Shown: positions 38,911 to 51,763, counted from the stretch's first letter. The stretch: DNA of 64,000 nucleotides from Lingula anatina (GCA_051362555.1 CM120646.1:6820001-6884000), one strand, 5' to 3'. Notes: generated from the sequence alone by a model not told the origin. Program-made: numbers and translations.

Positions 38911-40844
38911 GCAATTCTGCACTTTCACAAGTTTTGTTATGAAAGATGGTTAAAAGTCAGATCATCAATAAACCAGATGCATGTTGGCAGTCCATAGGTA
39001 AAACCGCTGCCTATCTATAACGGAATAATATTTGGAAATTCAATGGAAAACCGAATCTGGGTTTATATGCACTAAAGAGTAAAAATGTAAAAATTAAAAA
39101 TATATTATCTTATCATTATAAGGACGGCCTTTTGGCGTGAATAGTCTCCAGCTCACCTTTTAGTAAAGAAATGTGTCGATGTCATTTTGGTTGCAGTGTA
39201 AAACTCGATTGAATTCAAAAGCTTAAATCTAATTTTTGGTCTCCTGCTTGTAAAGCCTTAATATATCGTATGTTAAGTTGTATTGAAAGTGATAACCCTT
39301 AAGGAAGAAAAAACACTTGGAATTTCATCTTATATATAAACATTCCTGATTTCTTAGGAATAACACAAAAGCACATACATGTACATGCATTTTAGGCACA
39401 TAGTGCTGACTGTCAAATTTATTTTACAAATTTTTTTTAGATCCAAACGTGGAAAATTGGATCTATAGACATTTTTCACTAGTGTAGTTTAGCTGTTTAC
39501 TTAGTTATGATTCGACTCGAATCCAACGAAAAATCTAAATTCTAATTGATTACAACATACAATAAAACAAAAGCCTAAAACCATCTTTATTACCAAATTA
39601 AAAATAGCTTTATTCTGTCAAGCCAAACAAGACCTTCATGTACATTGTCTTCGTCTGGGATAAAAACATTTTGAAATTTATTTTTTCGACAATTTAATAA
39701 ATAACGTGGCTCCGCCGACACGAATTGAAACTCGGCAGTCCCGCGGAGTGTCTGGCATCAGGGTTTATGATAAAAATAATTGTCTTGTCACTCGAAATAA
39801 ACGTGATGGATCTAAACCCTCCTTGGGTCGCCACCTCGCCGCGCATGCGGTAAAGGAGAAGACCATCCAAGCGCCAATGTCGCAGGGGGAATTGGAGGGG
39901 AGCGGGTCGGGGGAATAGAGTCGAAGTTTTACTTTTTTTATCATATTTTTAGAATCAATGCTATCATTTTTACCGCGGCAGCTTGCGTTTTCACGTTTTG
40001 TATCTTTTATCTATTTTTAACAAATGAGCATTTTTATATGATGATAAATATCCTGTGTTGGTTTGTTTCTCATAATCTGTGCGTATTTTTTCTTCAGTCA
40101 GTTTTGTTTGGACATCTCATTGAATTGTTTCCCCGCTACAAATTTCATTCCTTTATTGCTTTGTAATGTCATTGAAACTCTTATTAACTAATGCCATCTT
40201 ATCTCCCTCCTTTAAATTTAACAATATATCAATACACTATATAGGATGCCCATTTAAAACACAGCATACAAAACTGGCAACAGTCAGAACACCGAAGCAA
40301 AAGCAATAAAACCATTTGTTTCTTTTTCCCCTTAACTTGACATGTCCGCTCCACGTTTTTTTTTTCTTCCAACTTGTCAGTCATCCATCTTGACGGGTGA
40401 CAGTGGGTTTTGAGGTAGTCTCGGCCTCTTTCCTCCACGAGAAAGTTCATGCGATGGGACGGCCCCCGCTGAGTGATTTAACGTTGGCACTTACAACTAC
40501 AACTATATACATCAAAACTAGAATATGATACCGGGGCGTCTGAGTGTTCTAGTAAGATCCCATTATTCGCGTCATAGATTCAGATTTTGGCTGTCTTACT
40601 GATAATTACGACATGTCGTGAACGATTAAAGAAGATGTGGTTTGCGGCATACGCGCAGAAGACACATCCGCAATTGAGTCAACCGCGCGCGGAATCTGAT
40701 AATTTAGGAACAGTAAACAAGTGATGACGGCAGGCTTAAACTGTGTTTCAATTTTGTTGTATAAATGCTGCAAAATGAATTAGAAAGAAAAAAATGATGC
40801 GTTGTCAGCCAATGGCTTTTTTCGAGCAACTGCAGGGGTGAATG

Positions 40845-40861
40845 AAAATAACAACAAAAAA

Positions 40862-40901
<40 letters not shown>

Positions 40902-40912
40902 TTGTTATTTTG

Positions 40913-40981
<69 letters not shown>
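40845..40981. repeat. A24-(TA)n-spacer-(TA)n-T18 inverted low-complexity repeat
   Basis: Poly-A 40856-40879, two TA microsatellites, poly-T 40964-40981. Confidence 0.85.
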
Positions 40982-40982
<1 letters not shown>

Positions 40983-42226
40983 TTAGCGCTTGTTGCCACA
41001 GATCTTTTTGTCTTGTCATATATCCAACACTATCGGAGTCTACGCCTGATTCTGCACCTCAATAACTCTAACCTTATCTAAACCCACGTTTTCTTTTTGG
41101 GTCTATCTAATTTTTCCAGTATAGTGCCTTCCAAATAGATATTTGATTGTTTTAGATGGACTTTGATATCTTAGTTTCAGGAGAAGTAAAAGATGAATAC
41201 TGCTCACATTTTATAATTTCGTATACACTGGACGACAGGCGTTTTCTGAATTATTAATTTTATTTCTTGCGGATTTATGACTAAGAAACATTTTATATCA
41301 AATACAAAACAGTACGGTGCTTGAAGTATAATTTATTTGATTTCACGTTTATGTAATTGCAACCAAACGGATCTGTCTTTTTTGGTGTTCTCTTTTTCTA
41401 ATTGTTTAATTGTTGTGCTTTTGTCTTACAGTAGAAATTAGCTTTTAAAAGTAAAATTTAAAATTCCAGTATAGATATTTAATCAAGCCCTTTTGTACAA
41501 TTATCGTAAAGTTATTGTTTTAAAACACATAAAGCATTTAATAAGCTAAATATCAATCAGAAAGATATGTCCTGTTCTATGCAAATTTTCTATACAGTAG
41601 TAATGAAAATATGACTGAAACTTTAAGTTGTCTACTTGATTAAACTTTTTCTGCTCTAGTTTCGGCTCGGTTGAGGTGATGATAAAACGATCCATATTTT
41701 GCGCCTCCCTCAAAAGCAAGAAAGGATATTTTATATCAAGAAAGACATTGTTTCCCCAAAAGTGTTTTCAGTAAGAACTGTCTCCTCGTGCTGTGGGTTG
41801 CCACACATTTTCAAAAATGCAGTAAATCCACACATACCAGTTTCTAAATTTCATTCTGAATTTGTTCATTCATTAATCTATTAATCCTATTCATTTAATT
41901 TTTTTTTCATTATTATTATTTTTTATTCATTCAATTATGTTCTGCTGTAGGATTTAGTTACATTTTGGGGACAGGACCAAAAATTATCTAAAGCTCAACC
42001 CAGAAATGAGAGAGTTATCTTTTACTGTTCCAGCTGTCACGGTTTTGTCTGTTGTACAGGGCGAGGACCTAAAGGCACATGAAGCCGGGACGAAAATTAA
42101 TAAGACAGTTGTTGGGGAATAAATACATTTTAAAAAAAAAAGAGAAAATGTTTGCCTATTTTGAACATGCAGAAAAAAAGTTATCGGTTTGTTGCACTAA
42201 TATTCCAATTTCTGCCAAAATTACCC

Positions 42227-42231
<5 letters not shown>

Positions 42232-42266
<35 letters not shown>
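42232..42266. repeat. (GA)n microsatellite
   Basis: Read directly from the sequence. Confidence 0.95.
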
Positions 42267-42269
<3 letters not shown>

Positions 42270-42720
42270 CGGAGGGTCTATGTATTTTTTCTGCACTGAC
42301 CATTACGGTCACTCCTTTCAAGACAAGCTCGGCGCCTGTGGTTAAAAAATACCAGTTCGGCCACGGAGGCAAATCAGTGAAGCGTAACCCTTATATTCAA
42401 CACAAAAATACATTAACAAGTAAAAAGAGGGTAGATCAAACGTTTGTTAACTATCAAATATAGTTGTTTTTCGCTGAAGTAATACAGTGAGTGTATGTGT
42501 ACCTCATCAGCACATTATTTTGCATGTAGATTAAAATCGTACTTCAGATTTCACGTCTATATTCCGATATTCATTCTGTGTTTATCATTTAGTATATCTA
42601 CCCCTTGGGTCAAAATTTATAAGTTGAAATTCGCATGCCAAATATTTATGGAGCGATTTATGCAAAATGCAGCATACGTATGATGACGGGTTCAGTAAAA
42701 AAAACTTACCATACCGTGTG

Positions 42721-42739
42721 GTGGCGCCATCTGCAGGCA
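42721..42739 (-). promoter_or_regulatory. CTCF consensus site between Lox4 and Post2
   Basis: Minus strand TGCCTGCAGATGGCGCCAC matches the CTCF core CC-N-S-Y-AG-R-K-GGC-R-S at every position. Confidence 0.6.
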
Positions 42740-44595
42740 GTGGTGCGGTAGCCATAATTACATCCAGATAATTATGCCGGTTTCTTCAGCCAAAGCTCTA
42801 GGTATGATTTTTCAAGAAGAAATCCTTTCAGCAAAGAACGCTGTTATTCTTTGTCGTCACTTTTAACATGTTAATCCATGAATGAGGGATGCGTTTCCAG
42901 ATTCACCGTACAAGAAACATGAAGAAAAAATCTATGAAATAACGATCCAATTGTGAGCATCCGTCAAATCTTTTATAGGTGCAAAGATGATAATATGATA
43001 ATTTCTTTTCTCTTCTGTTCTACGGAAAGACCTACCACCATCAGTTAACAATTCTGAAAAACGATTCCATCTTCATGCGACGAAAGGAAAGACCACGTGT
43101 GAGAACGTGGAAATGACATGACCATGATTGTGTTTTTGCCAGACTATCGGATCCACGTTCACTAGGATCGCCAAACAGAAGGCTACATCGTAGACTCCAT
43201 TTTAGTTCGCATTTCTTCTTATCCCTAACAGAACCACCAGAATGAAGTCTTAGACCCATCTTGACTGTAGGTATATAGCCACGAAACCATTCAAAAGAAG
43301 TTATGAAGCAATGATGGCTTATTTATGCCACTGACTTCCTCCCATTTCATTCCGAATGTGGGCTCTCTCATACTCATTAAACAGTTTTATTAAACCATCG
43401 TAGACTATTCACACTCATTAAGTTGTTTTATTTAACCGTTAGGTTATCGTAAATTGGTTCGGCGTTATCATAAATCGGCACGTTGTGACATAATGAGACT
43501 GGTTTAATGTGCCAGTTAGGATAGAATCACATAGAATGGTATATCATTTGATCGTCGTAGCTGGTTAAAAAGTCGTTAATAGGGCAGAGGAAAGAGGAAC
43601 GCGTGTCTGGTTTAACGGCAATATTCCCTGATTAATGATCAGATAAATTCCAGGGAATCGTTCACATCTGCGAAATATCATATTCCAATTATGCCAACAT
43701 TTCATCCACGTCACCCCTGGTCAGACAGCCATCTGAGGTTTTCTAAGATAGACACTAACTAACCAGCAAGCAAGAAGAAACCCTACCTACGTCGACTAAA
43801 TTGAAGTAATTGCTTTCTGGTAATTGCCCCCCAATGAAAACGGTTTAAATCAAGCATTTAATTTAATCAGTTGATGACCAGTGATTTAAGGTAACAAGAC
43901 CAGGTTTCTTCTAGCTTTAGTTGGACAGCTTAGTTTCTCTATTAAGACCGTAGAATCGATGGCAAGTTAACGCCAAAGGTTATTTACCTCAAAAGTCATT
44001 CATTTTGTGAATGGTAAGGTTAATCATAGTCACTTGCTTTAATATGTAATGTCCAACAGAACACAACAGGCGCGCAAAGAAAAATGTGCACAATGATATT
44101 CCTATGCAATGACTTAACGGGGCTTCTTATTGATCATTTTAATCGTCTTTTTATTATGAAAGCCAATCTGAACGATACATCAACTATCCATCTATACGTG
44201 CTTCAGAAACAGAAAACAATTTGAAATCTTTGTTCAGCAATATTTCGTATAAAAGCTCAATACAAACAATCATTACTTTTTGAGATAAAATCCTACGAAA
44301 CGTTTTGCCTTACAGCAAAAATTGATCAAACGTTATCTAGACTGACCAGTAGCTAGAATTCTGAAAGCGAGTGGGTTGGATTTCTGAAAACGTTGATCTT
44401 TTAATCACTTCTACAGAACCAACTTCTGAAATGACAGAATCTACCAGTAGATTAAATATTGATTCAAAACTGACTTTTTGATTCAAACGGTTGCATCATT
44501 AGAAACCATAGATCCCCTCCCTTTTCTCCCCCTGGATATAGGTTTGAGTTACATTAGAATGCCCAACCATACAATACTTTAGTGTATGTTAATTC

Positions 44596-44632
44596 AAGGA
44601 GTTCTAAAAAAGTAAACCTGTTAGAACTCCTT
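44596..44632. repeat. Perfect 12-bp inverted repeat (hairpin)
   Basis: AAGGAGTTCTAA, 13-nt spacer, TTAGAACTCCTT. Confidence 0.7.
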
Positions 44633-45160
44633 TGTTTAAAGGGCGCTGCCTCAATGCCGCGGTTATTGTATCGTGACCTAGGCTACATTGCGACTGCTAA
44701 GATTGTTAACAGCGGTGAATCACATCTGTCACAATGAGGTTGATCCAGATATCTGAAACCGCGGTCGACTTCACGTTCCCTTTTGAAAAAAAAAATATAT
44801 ATATATATATAAAGCGATGAAAAAAATGTTGTAATTGTGTGATTGACTATTCACTTAGTTATTGAATAGAGTTTTCAAAATAATGACTTTCAAACATTCA
44901 GGCCGATAATTTAAGATAATATTTATTTAGCACAAGCTGAATATTTTCTTCCTACCGTTAGCTTGCATTTTTCCAATGGACATTTTTGCTCATTCAGACC
45001 GATTTTAAATGTTTAAGCAAGTTATTACAGCTTAGGTCAATCTAACACAAGTTAAACTATTGGTTATATAAGAAGAAATAAAGAACACAGAAATAAAATA
45101 TATTCTCATCTTTACTTATTTAATTGATTGGATAAGTGTGAATTTATCTTGAACTAAATC

Positions 45161-45240
45161 AGACCTTAATTTTGGTCTTAAATTTTAAGACTACATTTTG
45201 ATCTTAATTGTAAATTAAGACTAAATTTAGGTCTTAAGTT
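45161..45240. repeat. Array of nested palindromes built from GTCTTAA/TTAAGAC (probable non-autonomous DNA transposon remnant)
   Basis: GTCTTAAA-T-TTTAAGAC, TCTTAATT-GTA-AATTAAGA and TTAAGAC-TAAATTTAG-GTCTTAA occur in overlapping succession. Confidence 0.55.
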
Positions 45241-48200
45241 CTGTTGTGAGGTTGGGTTTTGTTGTACATGTCAGACCATAGAAATGATCCAATAATGATC
45301 CATGTTTAGACATGGGGCTTTTCGCGAAAAAAAGTCAGACGGATTTTTTTACCCATGGTGTTTGAAGAAATCTACATGTACGTTTACTCAGTAAATCTTG
45401 AATACCGAGAACAATTTCGACATCAAATGCAAACTATTTTCTAGCAGCTCAATCTACGGGAAAATTTTGATCTAACCCATGATAAAAAATGTAGAATGGA
45501 TAAATGAGTAGTTTGTCTGACTTTTTACACGCGCACTTGTAAATCGTACATGTAGCATGTCTTTACAGCTAATACACACCGTTTGCAAAACGTTGAAATA
45601 GTTGTGATTTTTTAAAGAAAAAAAAATAAATTGAATAATAATATGAGATGCCCTAGGCGAGAAACCGCTCAACGGTTCCTCCCACGTTTGACGTAAATGC
45701 AAGTATTAGTCAGCTTAAGAGCGTCCCCAAACAATAGTTGCCCACTTACTCCTTCCCACTTGTTACCTATTCTTAGCACAATCATCGACATCACATTTAA
45801 AGACATGCCCTCGACTGTTAATTCAACACCAAATACAACGGTTTCATCAATCGATTGCTCTTAGTGAGTAAACTATCATTTTAACAAGGATTCATTTCAA
45901 GACGAAATATCCGACACTCGTTCCGACAAAGAAGGCCGCCTCTCGCTGTACGTAACAGTCACAATACGTGCCGAGCGCGACGTCGTATTGACAGTCTATA
46001 TAAATGTTAAGTTGAAAAGAAGATCAAGCGTATCGTCATATCCTGGGCTCATAAAGCCACCACCTTTATGAGAAATTAATTGAATTAGCCCCTCCTCCTC
46101 GTCGATATTTTGCCCGTCGGACGCCCGCCACACAAGACGAGCTCGTGAAGTGACGTCATGCACGTTGGCTGTTTTAACCACTATTTGTTTTCTCGTTTGA
46201 ATAATGCGCTATTGCCACTTACTACACTGGCTAAAAATTGTAGGGGTTTGTTATTATCATTCTTTTTTCCCGATTATTTATAAAAATATATATTTATAAA
46301 AAATATATTTTTATATTTATTTATTCGTATTTTATTCTATTCTATTTTTATTATTTTCATTCTATTTATTCATCTTCTTGTCATCAATTTGTGCCACTCT
46401 CATCTTTTTTGTTAAAATCTTCAAGACGGTAGTTCTAAAGTCAAATAAATCCTTTTATTGTCCATTCTTGGACTTTTTAAAAGTAATTTCATAAATCATA
46501 ATTTTATCAAGAGTAATTTTAGCAATGTTTCATTAATTATCTGAATTTATGAGAGTTCACATGTGCATTTATCCTTTTATTTACACATGCGCTCTGTCAA
46601 ATCATTGTTTATCTGAACATTTCCCCCATCTGAGTATCTTTATTACTTAGAGCAATTATCATCAACTGCGTTGTATTGTAAACTGTATTGTAAAGAAAGT
46701 TTAATTAAAATAATGCTTTATTTTACGCTTAGCAATGACCTAAAACTAAAGATAAGACACCAGAAATCCTAAACTTACTACGATTTGTAAAATTGTGAAA
46801 ATGATGATAAATTTAATTTTCCTAATTTTTTTTATGTATTTCCTTCAAGAAAAAGATATCACGAAAAGATACAGTGTATCTGTTGGTTTCTGTTAGATGC
46901 CTTATTAGTTTTCGTGCCCTTTTTCAAAAACAAAAAAATCTGCATCTTCTCAAAATATTTTATCGTACATAACTTATTCTGTAGACGTTGAAATCTATAT
47001 ATTTGATACCGTACTATTTCTGTAATATCAAAATTTAAAGTGGTGCATTTGCTGGTACTAAAGAATTCTATATCATTAAATAGTGCAAATTGTTTTGACA
47101 GTGCGTAAAGAGCAAGTTAGCTGAATAAAATACAGTTCTACAAAACAAACTATTTATACAATGCATCGGTTGTTACAAAAAGGTTGATTTCATTAGATGA
47201 TTGAGATTCTCATTGAATAATTTGCAACATTTTTAATCCAATTATCCCTTTTAATAAAATAGTTAATTTCCAATTCTTCCGAACTAATCTGCAAAAAAGA
47301 ATGAATAAGAATAGAAAAAAACTTCTCGTTACTTTATGTAGGTAAGTGTTGAAAGCAAACCAGCGAATGAGCCGGGTCGTAACTGTATGTGAAAAGAGAA
47401 TTTTGTGCTAGAATTTGACCTTTGCTCCCTGTAGCCGAGCGTGAAAGGTCGGCTTACACCGATATTTGTCAAACAGTAAATTAGTAGGAATAGCTACCGC
47501 CACAACTATAGTGGAGAACAGATCAAAACACGTCGGCATATGAGAAAGAGCTTAAATTCGAAGCTAGGACTACGTTGTATCAGCGAAAATACTCTGTTGA
47601 AAAACTCTCGTTCTTGATTTTCGGACATCTTGCCTACGCCCTTGTTGCTGCCTTGAATTTGTCAGGAAAATGCATTTCAGTAACAGTTCTATTTAATTGT
47701 GATCGAAATATCCATTCATTAAGTGATTTCTTGGGAAAAGTTTTAAACTTTCTCATATCATATGGTGATTGAGTTTGAAAATGTGTTAAAAAAGTATAGA
47801 TGTCAGCCGTTTTGAAATCATTTCTGAGATATAGGATGCAAAAGTGAATATTTTTCAAGATCCACATATACCCAATCAAAATATATCGTGTTCCTACTTT
47901 TTCACTATAAATTTGAAATACCAAAACTTTCGAAAAGGTGTTACGTCAGGCATTCCCAAATATGCGTGGTTTAATAGTATGTTGTACGCTCTCTTTATCA
48001 TTTTCTTTCCCATTTTTATTCTCTCTCTGGAGATATATAAAAAATTGACTAATCTATATAATCATGTTTCTAAATGTAATGTAATCTATCTACTCAAATT
48101 ACACAAACTATTCGAACAACACATAAGCCAAGCACTGACGTTTATAAAAAGTGAGTGTAGTTGTACATTTCTCTAATAACATATTTAAACAAAAACTAAT

Positions 48201-48543
48201 ATTGCCACTCCTTATACCATTTAACTTGGCGGGAGATTATGCCCGAACGAAGAAACCGAAACTGGATAAGCAGGTGAGTTTCAACCCGAGAGGTAACTTC
48301 GTCAATTACGACATAAAAATAGGGTTGATTTTTATGTTCGAGGAACCATTTCATGAACGTGCCGTGTCGATGTACTACATTGGAGTCATGTTTTACTATT
48401 TTATTGCGTGATCAGTTGGTAAACCGTCAAAGTTTTGAAAGATCCTTGGTCGTAAGCCCGACACCTCTGCTAATAAAATGTGCGTAAAAAGTGCACCGTT
48501 TATTCGACTAACGTGTGCGTCTCACCAAAGGTAGGGAGAAATA

Positions 48544-48545
<2 letters not shown>

Positions 48546-48579
<34 letters not shown>

Positions 48580-48639
48580 GAGCGCGCGTCTGACACACAG
48601 AGAGAGAGAGAGAGAAAAAGGAAGAGCGAGAGAGAGAGA
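48546..48639. repeat. (GT)n ... (GA)n compound microsatellite
   Basis: Read directly from the sequence. Confidence 0.9.
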
Positions 48640-49956
48640 CGGGAGGAGGGTGCATAGAATGTATACTCCGTAGAAGTGCGAGAATACATAGAGAAAAGAA
48701 ATCGTCTGCGCATTTATCTTTGTAACTTCTTGGCTAACGTAAAGCAAACCCTGTGAGAACCGCCTCAACAAAAAATTGATTTAAACAACAGTGGAGCTCT
48801 ACTCGACTTGGATTCTATTTCTAGGTGAACGCCCAGTCTCCAGACGATTTTTTTCTTCATTATTTAATCTGTAAACCATGTCGCTTTGACGCTGTTCGAC
48901 TGCCCTGCGATTCTCGCTGAAAAGTCACGCTTCAAGAGCCCTAGAGAGCGTCTCGTTGCAATGACATACGATACAATTAAGATAAGGATCAACCTTTGAA
49001 GTCACCGACACAGTGTTAAAAGGTGTCTGCGCGCTCCGTTTTGTCAGCTTAAGGAGGTTACATCGGGCCATTTATCGCCATACATCTCCTCGGTCGTCTT
49101 CTGAATGAAACGGTTATGTTAGAACGCTTAACGGGGACGAAATAAGCTTGAAAGATATACAGTTTAAATTTACTTGACTGTTTTGAATTGGGAAATGGGA
49201 GTTTAATTGTCACGTTGTATTGCTAATGGAATGGGGACTTAAAATAGAAATATTATGCATCTTTTGCGGCGAGATTTTGATGAAATGGAGAAAACGGGCA
49301 TGTTTGATTAGATGCCTTTTGATTATTTCCGCTTTCCCGTTTCACATTATATTAAGTATTTTCTTCCGTCTTGTCACCCTCCCTCTTCCCTCCTTCCCAA
49401 ATTCCCTTTCTCAATCTCTCTTTCCCTTCTTCTCTCATTCAAATTGCACTTACTTCGTCATGTTGAACTTTACTTTGCTAAAATACCTACAATTGCTGTC
49501 AAAAATGGACATCAGTTTTCTTATTATTATTTTTTTTTTTGGAGGGAGGTATTAGGTCAATCAAAGATAACATTTATAGATAATAGTTCGTAATACGTCA
49601 CTAGAAAAGTATGTTATCAGGTATAACATCATGATAAAGAATTACCCTGAAAATCAATTAAGGGCTTTTGGTCTTTGGTCTAACCAAAAATTTACACATG
49701 GAATTACACAACGTAATTTTCTATTTATGAAAGAAAATTGAGTTTATACATTTTCTTGTTTCAACCCCAAACGAGCCGAGGCAACCAATTGCTTGTTGCA
49801 TTCCGAAATTCCAAAGTTATTCAAAACAACCAGGTATTATCTAAGTCATCGAATAATATTAATTAGATTTATGTCCATAAAACATTGAAAAATATTTAAA
49901 AATAAATAAAATACAATAAGGCCAGAAAAACCTGCGACGCTTGTGCCTAATTCAGT

Positions 49957-51262
49957 TTTATTCGTGACAGATTATTCAGGTGTATCTAAAATGACCAATT
50001 GAAAAATTAAATATTCAGATTTGATAAGCCACACGTAAATGAAAATGATAAAGAAATTCTTATTTTAAAATTGTTTATTTTTTTCACCAAATTTATCTTT
50101 AAAAGTATGGCATTAAGTGGCTTTCTAAACAAGAATAAAAGAAAAAGAAAACAAATATGTAATAATTATATACAACTATAAAATTCTACTTCCCCAATGA
50201 AAAGTATGATTCACTAAACCAAATATTCTAGTAGTCCCAAACTCCAAAATAAACAAGTGATCTTCGAGCATTGGAATAATTATTCTAGTAGCTTTATATC
50301 TCTGTTCTTTTTAAATTGGCCATTTTGCATATTTGACCAAAACTTTCGAAAAGTAACTCATTAGCCAAAAGATTCCTTGGATATTAGAGGAGTCATGCTA
50401 AAAACTTTTTAATATACATACAGTACAGTCTTAAAACAAAAAAACCAAATTCTTGACACAGTATTTAAATACAAGCTAATCCCTTGAAACTATTTCATTG
50501 GCTGTAATACTAAATATCTTCATAAACCGCCATAGACCTGGCTACTATTTGATAACGCTGCTTGAAATATATTTTGCTTTCGTTCAATTGAATACCTAAA
50601 TAGGTGTTGTATTTCGTCATCACAATTAAGAACACAGAACTAACTGTGTTGCATCCGTAAGCTGTATTTCAGGACATCCATTGTCGTGGCATTACTTTAA
50701 CAATAAGCAATTTCGAAGAAGTAAAAATATCAACAATGTATTCAAAATAATTGACCCGATTGGCATCGGAAATTCGATGTTTTCTTGGTTGGGCTACATT
50801 TTGTTCACTTAATTGTTACGTTCCTAAAATTGCGAAAATTGAAAGAAAAAAGTGCACCGTTTCCCCTGTTTTGCCGTTGTATTTACAGCAACTGTATACA
50901 GTATGTCCCACTTAACTACATGTACATATATCAGGATTATTAGAATATTTACAATAAATGCACAGAGCGACCATTCCTTTCATCATGATTCTGTTTGTTT
51001 ATACATGTATTTACATGTATCTCTGTTGATTATTCTTTTTGGCTCATATAAATATAATCATCAGTACTAAAATGGCATACAGCTTAAACCCTCTGTTTAA
51101 ACAACATAGACACCCTCCCCACCCCCACCCCCACATTTTGTGACGATACACGCGCTCTGAACTTCTAATCAGCAATTGCCATTTTTATACTACATCACTC
51201 TGTGATATAAACAAATAAAGAATGTACAACTAACTGGTGCGGGTTTCAATATATACACAACG
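49957..51262 (-). other. Post2: Putative Post2 3'UTR
   Basis: Lies downstream of the stop. Minus-strand AATAAA at 49962-49957 is followed by a U/GU-rich tract, with a second AATAAA near 50074-50079. Contains multiple UGUAHAUA elements. Confidence 0.55.
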
Positions 51263-51501
51263 TCAACGCACCACAATGTCTTCGGATTTAAACAACGCCT
51301 TTGCGCGTTCGTTCAGTTTCTTTCTTTTCATTCGCCTGTTCTGAAACCAGACCTTGACTTGCCTCTCGCTGAGGTGGAGCTTGCAGGAGATTTCCCAGCG
51401 TTTCTGCCGCGTGATGTAGGCGTTGTTGAGGAACTCGTTCTCGAGGACCATGGTTTGGTAGCGGGTGTAAGGTTTCCGCTTCTTACGTTGTTTTGCTGGT
51501 T
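51263..51501 (-). CDS. Post2: Post2 homeobox exon
   Basis: Encodes [67 protein letters not shown], the diagnostic lophotrochozoan Post2 homeodomain ([23 protein letters not shown]). Acceptor TACTTTTTTACTCCAG|AA ends at 51502, with a CTAAT branch-like motif upstream. Confidence 0.96.
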
Positions 51502-51729
51502 CTGGAGTAAAAAAGTACATGGTGATTAGTTGGTTGGTAATCATCGGTTGCTGTTTCTAATGAAGCAAACCCGCTGATCTGCTTTTTATTATTCATATAA
51601 GGTGGTTCATAAAGTGTGAAATAATAATAATAATAACAATAATAATAATAATATTTAAACAATGGTCATGATGAGGATGAACATTAGTATTTGTAGTAGT
51701 AGCACTAGTAGTAGTAGAAGCTACACTAC

Positions 51730-51763
<34 letters not shown>

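Noticed and set aside
26702-42463. ORFs with poly-L, poly-N, IY, CV or RE repeats
   Set aside because: Translations of microsatellites, not genes.
43041-43259. ORF containing RRMK between Lox4 and Post2, considered as a Lox2 pseudogene
   Set aside because: No WFQN before it and no other homeodomain residues in any frame; a four-residue chance match.
47426-47460. CCCTGTAG plus a small GCCGA/TCGGC hairpin, considered as a miR-10-family precursor
   Set aside because: Stem far too short for a pre-miRNA, and the sequence diverges from miR-10 after 8 nt.
47440-48470. Possible ~1 kb decayed TIR element (GGTCGGCTTAC ... GTAAGCCCGAC)
   Set aside because: The inverted match is short and gapped, with no target-site duplication; cannot be supported without a genome search.
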